Shown here in pieces: positions 57,140 to 64,000 of a stretch of 64,000 nt of DNA (position 1 is its first letter; every line of letters begins with the position of its first letter). The DNA is from Candidatus Limnocylindrales bacterium. Lineage in GTDB: Bacteria > Chloroflexota > Limnocylindria > Limnocylindrales > CSP1-4. A program made the translations under genes and the position numbers. The notes under the pieces were generated by a model. The model made no database searches. It saw only the letters and a program-made list of their open reading frames with translations, and had not been told where the DNA came from. The stretch lies in the NCBI GenBank assembly GCA_046707905.1, contig JBKKDM010000177.1, positions 80,877-144,876 on the forward strand. Reading direction: 5' to 3'.

Positions 57140-57756
57140 CGACCCCCGATCCCGAGGTGCGCCGCGAAATCTTCGCGCTGGCGAATGACCATCCGGACCC
57201 TCCGATCGCAGCTATGGATGCCCTCCGGTCGCGAGGTCGCGAAGTGGTTCCGGTGCTACTCGAGGCGATCCGAGCGGATGAGTTCGGCGGGGTCGCCCTC
57301 GGACGACTCCTCGACGTCGTGACGGAGCTTGACCCCGATGCCGCTGTCGCCGCGGCAACCCTTCTCGTTGAGGATCCTCGCGGCAACGTTGCGCAAGCGG
57401 CCGTTCGCACCCTCGGGGTAGTCGGTTCTCCGGCCGCGCGCCAGGCCCTGCAAACGATTGCCGGTGGTTCTGATGCTGACGCCGCCGCCTATGCACGGAT
57501 CCTGCTCGGGCCTAGGGTTCTCCCCAATAGCAATCTCGTCGCTGCACGCCGAGATTCGTGGCAACCTCGACCCCGATGGTCGGGTCGCACCCGCGGGGTT
57601 CCCGAAATGGCGAAGACGAGTCCGTGGCATTCAGTGAAGGCAGACATTCACCACAACAACACGAACTGCAACACGGGCAACAACATCGAGAAGGAGAACC
57701 GGCGCGAAGGGACGGGCGGGAAGCCGCTGTGTGCCGAGTGCGCACGGCTGCCATAA
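57136..57756 (+). CDS. HEAT-repeat (PBS-lyase-like) protein, possible immunity factor; the C-terminal 49 aa may be a separate small Cys/His ORF
   Basis: TTGA overlap start. Repeats VVPVLLEAIRAD...AVAAATLLVEDPRGNVAQAAVRTLGVVGSPAARQAL. The in-frame ORF continues across a copy of the 20-nt motif (57511) to MAKTSPWHSVKADIHHNNTNCNTGNNIEKENRREGTGGKPLCAECARLP, which has an ATG at about 57607. Confidence 0.45.
   Translation: MTTPDPEVRREIFALANDHPDPPIAAMDALRSRGREVVPVLLEAIRADEFGGVALGRLLDVVTELDPDAAVAAATLLVEDPRGNVAQAAVRTLGVVGSPAARQALQTIAGGSDADAAAYARILLGPRVLPNSNLVAARRDSWQPRPRWSGRTRGVPEMAKTSPWHSVKADIHHNNTNCNTGNNIEKENRREGTGGKPLCAECARLP
57511..57530 (+). promoter_or_regulatory. Conserved 20-nt motif copy (CCTAGGGTTCTCCCCAATAG), nominally intragenic
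   Basis: Inside the 3' part of the HEAT-protein ORF, 96 nt upstream of the ATG of the small Cys/His ORF (about 57607). Confidence 0.4.
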
Positions 57757-58041
57757 CCCCTGTGGCCGTGGTGGGAGCGAATGTGAATTCCCACCACGTC
57801 CCTGTTTGCCTCTCGATCCACGATTGGCCAAACGCGGCGCAGAGCCTGGACGCGCAGACCCCGCACCGCCGTTAGAGCGCGATAGCCCTCCGATCGATCC
57901 CCGTGAAACCCGACCGTCGGCTCCGCGTGGGTATGGCCGGCACCGCCCTCGCACGACTCAAGAACGCTCAACCCGAGCGCGGCGCAACACGGTCCCGGCC
58001 TCGGCATTCCGGGTCCAATCGCGTCTCAAGCATGTCGCTAG

Positions 58042-58752
58042 CTAGCCCGAGAAGACTCGCACTAGATCGATCATGTCCTTGATCTTCCCTGCGTTGTTGA
58101 ATACCCATTTCGCCGCCGCGCCCGCGACCTCGAGGCCATCCGGCGCCTCTCCGCTCCGTGGAGCCGCCATGAGGTTCAGTGGCTTGGTGGTTTCTTCCAG
58201 GAGCTCCAAGCCATTCGACACGACGCCTGCGATCCGGGGGATGAGGGCCTCGTCGCCGAGATTAATCGTCCCCTTGTCGCGGTCCACGCTGACAACCAGA
58301 TTCGTTCGCGCACCCGTGACCGGGTCGGGTTGAGTGAGGAGGGCAAGGTCGTCGACGCGTCCGTAGAGACCGTTGTCGTTGACGCCCATGAATAGAGGTC
58401 GAGTGGCGTAGAGCTCGTCCCAGACGCGCTTCCGAAACTGCTCGTCCTTGGGTCCGTACATCAGCCGGCGGATGGGCTCGAGCGCCTGTCCGAAGCTTGT
58501 CGCGACCATCAGGCCCCCGCGGGGGTATGGCAGGAGGTAGGCGACCGCCACCAGGGACCCGGCCTCGTATCGCACTTCAATTTCGAGTTCGGTGAAGTCC
58601 GGCAAGGCACGTCGACGAAGACCGCTCGCCCACGTGTCATAAGGGCCGGCAGCCCAGCGCGGCTGCACCAGGAAGCGCAGCGAGCCGACAGGTTCAACCT
58701 CGATGTCGGCTGGCATGAGCCAGCGATCCGGAGTTCGGGCCTCGCCAGCCAT
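58042..58752 (-). CDS. Hypothetical protein
   Basis: ORF 58042..58851, start trimmed to MAGEARTPDRWLMPADIEV. Last gene of a three-gene minus-strand cluster. Confidence 0.4.
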   Translation of the reverse strand: MAGEARTPDRWLMPADIEVEPVGSLRFLVQPRWAAGPYDTWASGLRRRALPDFTELEIEVRYEAGSLVAVAYLLPYPRGGLMVATSFGQALEPIRRLMYGPKDEQFRKRVWDELYATRPLFMGVNDNGLYGRVDDLALLTQPDPVTGARTNLVVSVDRDKGTINLGDEALIPRIAGVVSNGLELLEETTKPLNLMAAPRSGEAPDGLEVAGAAAKWVFNNAGKIKDMIDLVRVFSG

Positions 58753-58756
58753 GCCG

Positions 58757-59011
58757 CTACTCCGGGACGGGAACACCCCGACGCTTGAGCTCCTCGGCGA
58801 CTCGCTGACGGATCGCCAAGCCCTGAACGCTCTGCAGGAGGGCCTGCCCATCGACCGAGACCGGATCTTCCTTGGTCCCGAATTCGGCCTGCTGATTCAT
58901 GTAGTTGAGGGTCGCGAACGCCTTCGCGTGTTTCGCATACTCCTGCAACAAGCGATCAGTGGGAATGCCCCTGAGATCGGTATCTGGTTTGATGCCCGTG
59001 AACCGCCACAT
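58757..59011 (-). CDS. Small hypothetical protein (85 aa)
   Basis: MWRFTGIKPDTDLRGIPTDRLLQEYAKHAKAF... lies between the toxin-like gene and the 58042 gene. 4-nt intergenic gap. Confidence 0.35.
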   Translation of the reverse strand: MWRFTGIKPDTDLRGIPTDRLLQEYAKHAKAFATLNYMNQQAEFGTKEDPVSVDGQALLQSVQGLAIRQRVAEELKRRGVPVPE

Positions 59012-59066
59012 ACCCACTCCTAATGTCTCTGTCGCGGGCCGACCTCGACTCGTCGGTCGACTGGTG

Positions 59067-60382
59067 TTAAGCGACTGAGAGTGCGCGCAGCACGTAGATG
59101 TCGCCGGTTCCCGCCGGATCCGCGGAGTCAGCCGATGGCCCAACTTCGATGACGATGCGGTTGAGTCCAAGGACAAGATAGTCGTGGTAGTCAACAGCGC
59201 CAAAGCCGAGGCTGCGCAGTGAGATCATCGTAAGGTTGTCGTCCCCGCCCTCCCCCTCGTGCTCTGTGACGTACCGGCGGATCGTCGGTGTCGACGCCAA
59301 CACCTGGGGCAGCGTGATCGTTGGATCCGGGTTCACCCAGATCGACACGGTCGCCGGCCGTCGACCGGTGATCCAGTGCTTCATCGCGAGGTCGTAGTCC
59401 GCTTCACGATCGAGGACTTTGAAGAGCACCGTAAGTACGCCCTTCTGGGCGGCGTCGATTTCCAGTGTCATCCCCGAACCGCTGTACCCATAGCCGGGCC
59501 CGAAGTCGAAGCCACTTCCGAGGACGCGCAGATTGTCCATCCTCGAGCACGCAGCGAACGCGCCACCTGCCTGCGCCTGTAGCTCCCCCGGCGTGAAACC
59601 GACCATCGCCTGCTTCCCGGCGCCGGTGACGCTCACCGGGATGAGGGCGTACTGCTCAAGCGGGATCGTGTGGATGATTGATCCAGCGGTCGGGTATGCG
59701 GTCGAATGCGGCGCGATCGCGACCGGCGAACCGTCGGCTTCATCGGCGTCATGGGTCGCTTGCCAGAACACGCCGCTGTGGGCCACTGTGTGAGCTGCGG
59801 CTCGTCTGTGGGAGACCAGGACGTCGGCGTGACCAGCCATGTCGACTGGCAATTGAAGTCAAAGCCCATCTGTGCAAGGTGCGATGGCGGCTGGATGTAC
59901 CCGTCCAGCGACATGCGCATCTGGACGTCCTTCGGGATCGGCATCTGCGTCCCATCGACACCGGTCGGACGCAGGAGCACTGCATCCCATGGATATTCCT
60001 GGGCCCAGATCCAGGCGACGTTTGGGATGCTGTTTGCAATCCCGAGCCGAGCGAAGGAGGCCCAATCCTTGATGGTCATTCCGGCACTCGTCGAGACCTG
60101 GGAGGACGACCCTCGGTTCACAGCGTCCATCCACTCGTTCCGGGATTCCGAGGTCTCAGCGTGCTCGAAGTTGATCCCGCCCGAGGGATTGCCTTCGGCA
60201 TCGACACCGAGGTTCGCGCCGAAGCTGTTGGTGACCGTCGTGGCAGACCCTACCGTGTGCTGGCGGGTCAAGGTGGCGTCGGTGCCGATCACCTGCGCGA
60301 CATCGGTATTGACGCTGGAATTGACGGTCTTAGGGCTGTACTCGACGAGCTTGATGTCCAGCGGTGGGCTCCCATCGGCCAT
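59067..60382 (-). pseudogene. Possible beta-pore-forming-toxin-like (aerolysin/ETX-MTX2-like) protein, interrupted by a frameshift near 59800
   Basis: Two overlapping minus-strand ORFs (59633..60532 and 59067..59852) in different frames. The upstream part has a Ser/Thr-rich alternating amphipathic segment (TDATLTRQHTVGSATTVTNSFGANLGVDAEG) of the kind that forms membrane hairpins in aerolysin-type toxins. The fold assignment is speculative. Confidence 0.35.
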
Positions 60383-60838
60383 CCCGGGCTGCAGCAGATT
60401 CACGAGCGCCGCTGGATAGCCGAGCCACGTCCTCGGCGTGTCATGCGTCAGATCGAAGGGCGGGCTCTTGAGCACGCGCAGGCGAAGGGTGCAGCGCACG
60501 CGATAAGCCGTGTGGGATCCGAGGTTGCGCACGTCTCGGGTCTTGGAAACGTCGTAGCGGACGAGCCCGTATCCCTGCCGAACGACGGGTCTGCCCCGGT
60601 CACTTGCCTACCAGCGCTGCCCGGGCGGACGGTTGAAGGCACGATTGAGGGCCGCGCCACCGATAACGATCGCACCGATCACGACGCCGGGGAGTGAGGT
60701 CAAGAACGCGATCACGTCATCCATCGCAGAAACTACCTCTACAGTTGCCCGCGAGCATAGACCTCAGGAGAGCGGCGTCTGTACGCGAACAGACCCCGCG
60801 GGCGCGGCTGAGCTAGACACTTCGGAACGGATCTTGAG

Positions 60839-61570
60839 GTGCTCATGCCTGAAGACGTAGACGCCAGCATCGCCGCTCGGTTCGCGCCGCTTGTAGGAGT
60901 GTGGCGGGATGACCTACCTGCCGATCCGGATCCCTGGCTGCGCGAAGCCGACTTGGTGCGGTACGACGACGCCGGGACGGCCACGACGATCGGTATCGCA
61001 GGTGATACTGACCAGTGGCCGGCAGATGCTCGGTCCGACGGCGTGCGGCCGAACGAGCGATCGGCCGCCGGCCTCGCGTCGGTTCCGCGATCCCGCGCCG
61101 CGAAGTTGGTGCCGGTCGGTGGAGAGGCAGCGAGCTTCGGGCGGTTACCCCTGCGTGGGGGACGAGTCGACGCTCCATGCTTCTACGAAGCCGAGGCAGA
61201 CGCGGCCGGTGTGCTGCTCACCTACTGGTTCTTCTTCCCGACGAGCACGACGCCGGCCAACCAGTTCACCCAGATGCTGCCCGTGATCATCGATGCGATG
61301 CGCCACGGCGAGCTCTCGCCCACCGAGTTTCCGCCTGTCTCTGTCGAGGCGCCACGAAACCTCGTTGACCGCTTTTGGGAATGGGTGGCGCGCAGCTCCC
61401 CCTTCGGAAAGGACCTCGTTCGCTCGGCGCGGAGCATTGGCGCACTTGGAACGTTTGCCGCGGTCCTGCCGTTTCGAGCGCTGGGGGTGGATACCAAAGC
61501 CTTCATCAAGCAGCTCGACCCCCGCGTTCAGGATCTGATCGCCTCGGTGTACGTCCACGAGGGGGATTAG
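60839..61570 (+). CDS. Hypothetical protein
   Basis: 243-aa protein-like ORF. No recognised motif. Confidence 0.4.
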   Translation: MLMPEDVDASIAARFAPLVGVWRDDLPADPDPWLREADLVRYDDAGTATTIGIAGDTDQWPADARSDGVRPNERSAAGLASVPRSRAAKLVPVGGEAASFGRLPLRGGRVDAPCFYEAEADAAGVLLTYWFFFPTSTTPANQFTQMLPVIIDAMRHGELSPTEFPPVSVEAPRNLVDRFWEWVARSSPFGKDLVRSARSIGALGTFAAVLPFRALGVDTKAFIKQLDPRVQDLIASVYVHEGD

Positions 61571-62604
61571 GAAGGTATCTCCGTGCGGCTGAACACCGCC
61601 GGAGCCCTCGAAGAAGCGATCTATTGGGCGCACGGAAAGCCGGTGATTGACGCGCGACCGGAGCTGCAGGTCGTCGACGGAGTCGATCGGATCCTCGTCA
61701 GCGTCGCGGGAGGATCCCACGCCTGTGGGAGGGCGAGCGCTGATGGCGCCGGCGCACGCGGCTTCGACCCAGCCCGGCGGCTCCAAGAGGAAGTGTTCCC
61801 TGGAGCGACCGGCGCCCATTGGCGGACGTGGGACCATCTGCGCCCGGCGCCGTCGCAGCTCTGGTACGGCTTTGCAGGTGCCTGGGGGCGCCCGCGGCTG
61901 CCGCCCGTCGGATCCCTTGACCGCCGCCGGTTCGGGTCAATGGACATCTGGGTCGAATCGACCGGCCCATTGGGTCCTGGCCCACTCAAGCTGGCGCGGA
62001 ATCGCCAAGCGGCGTCGATATTGTGTCCAGCGGGCGAGTGCGTTTGTTCCGCCTTCTATTGCGTCGCGAGACGGCCAACGGCCTCCAATGAGCGGCCGTC
62101 CCAACCCCGGCCCTAAGGCTCGATATAGACAAGTCGAGCGATCCCCGCCGCGAGCGACGGGTCGCGGGCGGGCTGGTCCAAGACCGGACATCCCGATATC
62201 GATTGGACTTTCGTCGACTGGTACGAGAAGAATGTGGTTACGAGTTGGGACGGCTTCTGTTGGCGGACGACCACGCCTCTTTCCGGGCCGCTGTCCGCTT
62301 GGACCGACGCCTCAAGTCACGAGTAGCGCGGCGCGGCCTGCACGCCTTGACAGGCCCCGCGTACGGCGGGTGGTCCCACTGCTGAATGGCACGCATGTAG
62401 TCGCGGCAATGCCTGCGCATGACAAGCCGCGGGCCGAGACTCCGCGGCCTGCGTGGGCTGTCGCCGGGCGCCGGGGGGCTCGGAAGGCTCAAGAGGCGAT
62501 GCCGCCGTTGCCTGTTGGTCACATCTAGGTTGGCGTCTCAACTCGCCTCGGTTCGCGGATCACGTGGATCGACGCCATCGCGACGACGGTCGGCGAGACC
62601 GACG

Positions 62605-62624
62605 CCTAGGGTTCTCCCCACTTG
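62605..62624 (+). promoter_or_regulatory. Conserved 20-nt motif copy (CCTAGGGTTCTCCCCACTTG)
   Basis: About 240 nt upstream of the ATG of the partial GST/P450-like ORF. Confidence 0.4.
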
Positions 62625-62846
62625 GCCGAATGCCTGTCGACAGGAAGAATCTCCTACTGTCGAGGCCTAACTCCATGAGGCTGCCTTCGACCGAAGGCCA
62701 GAGGAACCCGGTAATGCCTCGACGCGAGCCGAGGCTAAAGCGAGATGGTCGATGCGATGGCCTAGTGGCGGGGTGTGAGGCGGTCAAGGGCTTGGCCGAA
62801 AGGGGACGGCATGGGCACCGAGCCACCGCAGAAGGCACCGTGGCGC

Positions 62847-64000
62847 ATGGTGTCGATCCCGGTCAGTCCATACGTCGAGCTCGTTCGATGGGCGCTTGAC
62901 TGGTTCGCCGTGCCCTACCGGGAGGAGCCGCACGCGCCGTTTGTCCACCTCTTCGCGGCCTGGCGGGCAGGCGGGGGGACAGAGGTTCCGGTCCTCGTCA
63001 CGCCCGACGGGACGCAGTCGAACGCCCGTCAGTCGATCGCGTTTATCGAGACGACCCGAGCCGATCGCTCGCTGCGCCCCGCCGAGCCAGCGGCGAGGAA
63101 ACTGGTCGATGAGCTGTACGAGCTCTTCTACGGTCCCCTTGGTGTGGCAGTGCGCGCCTGGGCGTACGCGTACCTGCTGCCCGGGCGCCGGGCCGGAGTC
63201 CGCGTGTGGAGCGCAGGGGCGCCTAGCCCGGAACGATGGCTCGTCCGCGTCGCCTACCCGGCGCTGGCCCTCCTGATGCGGAAAGCGCTCGGAATCGGCC
63301 CGACCACGATCGAGAACGAGCGTGCAGCAATCCAGCTGATTTTCGACCGAACGGCCGCTGTACTCGCCGACGGGCGACGATATCTCGGCGGCGAGGAGAT
63401 CAGCCTCGCCGACGTCGCCCTCGCGTCACTGGCAGCGCCCGCGATTGTTCCGGCCGAGTACGGCGGCCCGCTGCCGACGCTCGACGAGATGCCGCCTCCG
63501 ATGCGGGCGCAGGTGGAGCGATGGCGGGCGGAGCCCACGGGCCAGTTCATCCTGCGCTTGTACCGCGAAGATCGAGGACGGGCCATGCGCCCCGGAGCCG
63601 CGACGACATTGCAAGGTGCTCCGGGTGACGCCGGCTGGATCGAGGAGATTCGAGCCACCGCCACGCGCTGGTTAACCGGGCCACGGGTGCTGCGTCTCGT
63701 GTTCGGGCTTCTTCGCCGGTTCGCGCCGATTCTCGTGATCGGCAAGACCGCCGTTATCAGTCGACACGCTGATGTTGTCGAGGTCTTGGCGCGCGACGAC
63801 GCCTTCACGATCAGCGAGATCAACGCCAAACGCTTCGACGATCTCGGCGCGCGCTTCATCCTTGGCATGGATCGATCGCCTGAATACGAGCGTGAGGAGG
63901 CCGTGCTGCGCCAGGCGGTGCGGCCCGACGATCTGCCGAGGGTCCGTGCGTTTGTCGCTACCCAGGCGGCGTCATTGATTGCTGCGGCCACGCCGACGGG
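62847..64000 (+). CDS. Partial ORF running off the window end: GST-like N-terminal region followed by cytochrome-P450-like N-terminus
   Basis: Stop-free frame-0 translation from ATG 62847 (MVSIPVSPYVELVRWALDWFAVPY...), absent from the ORF track because no stop lies within the window. The later part (VISRHADVVEVLARDDAFTISE...FILGMDRSPEYEREEAVLRQAV) resembles the P450 N-terminal region. The opposite-strand ORF 63254..63991 is Arg/Ser-rich junk. Confidence 0.4.
   Translation, partial: MVSIPVSPYVELVRWALDWFAVPYREEPHAPFVHLFAAWRAGGGTEVPVLVTPDGTQSNARQSIAFIETTRADRSLRPAEPAARKLVDELYELFYGPLGVAVRAWAYAYLLPGRRAGVRVWSAGAPSPERWLVRVAYPALALLMRKALGIGPTTIENERAAIQLIFDRTAAVLADGRRYLGGEEISLADVALASLAAPAIVPAEYGGPLPTLDEMPPPMRAQVERWRAEPTGQFILRLYREDRGRAMRPGAATTLQGAPGDAGWIEEIRATATRWLTGPRVLRLVFGLLRRFAPILVIGKTAVISRHADVVEVLARDDAFTISEINAKRFDDLGARFILGMDRSPEYEREEAVLRQAVRPDDLPRVRAFVATQAASLIAAATPT

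Noticed and set aside
61583-62116. 177-aa + strand ORF
   Set aside because: Trp/Arg/Gly-rich, with no RBS or start context and no motif. Probably non-coding or strongly divergent. Not listed as a feature.
63254-63991. 245-aa minus-strand ORF at the right end
   Set aside because: Ser/Arg-rich nonsense opposite a stop-free + frame that gives GST/P450-like protein sequence.
1-64000. CRISPR arrays, rRNA genes, intact IS/transposase genes
   Set aside because: No regularly spaced short direct repeats, no rRNA-like conserved stretches and no DDE/transposase-like ORFs were seen on reading the window.

Overview
This is a roughly 64 kb, high-GC (about 70%) bacterial chromosomal segment with dense coding on both strands. 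The taxon is most consistent with Actinomycetota or a high-GC Chloroflexota-like lineage, judging from the SARP regulator, streptogrisin-like proteases and ECF sigma pair; this is inference, not shown.

Left part, 0.4–9.5 kb: a putative integrated island next to a minus-strand tRNA-Gly(CCC) at 9441..9516. It holds a frameshifted tyrosine integrase, a RES-toxin / Xre(DUF2384)-antitoxin-like pair, a DUF2188 gene with no intervening stop from the upstream gene, three unknown genes, an XRE regulator and a large membrane protein.

Middle-left, 10–17.5 kb: secreted proteins and lipoproteins, an ECF sigma / anti-sigma pair and two S1E (streptogrisin / alpha-lytic-like) serine proteases.

Centre, about 17.6–43.2 kb: a SARP-family regulator followed by a complete phage-tail-like extracellular contractile injection system (eCIS) operon.
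- It encodes sheath, tube, two unknowns, a DUF4255 cap-like protein and an AAA+ ATPase.
- It then encodes a tube-like protein, a LysM protein, a gpD-like hub, a gpV spike, a PAAR-like DUF4280 protein, a gp25 protein and two baseplate-J-like proteins.
- It ends with a gpI-like protein and a large fibre-like protein.
- Adjacent genes are chained through ATGA / GTGA / TGATG start-stop overlaps.

Four proteins carry an N-terminal DUF4157 (HExxH) domain, the recognised marker of eCIS cargo/toxins.
- 26246..29073: interrupted by a frameshift or overlap, with an unknown C-terminal domain.
- 43232..44764.
- 52071..54350: fused to M14 and M15 (VanY-like) peptidoglycan-peptidase domains.
- 55343..57139.
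Each is followed by a membrane or HEAT-repeat protein that could be an immunity factor.

The right part also holds a NarL-type two-component system, several membrane, secreted and hypothetical proteins, and a frameshifted gene that is possibly beta-pore-forming-toxin-like. A partial GST-like / cytochrome-P450-like ORF runs off the window end.

A conserved roughly 20-nt motif, consensus CCTAGGGTTCTCCCCAATTG, recurs about 10 times. Every copy lies in a 5' region and reads in the direction of the downstream gene, which suggests a shared promoter or operator.

No rRNA, CRISPR array or intact transposase was seen.

Several apparent frameshifts hint at indel errors or real pseudogenisation. These are the integrase, the first DUF4157 protein, the toxin-like gene and the MoaD-like ORF.
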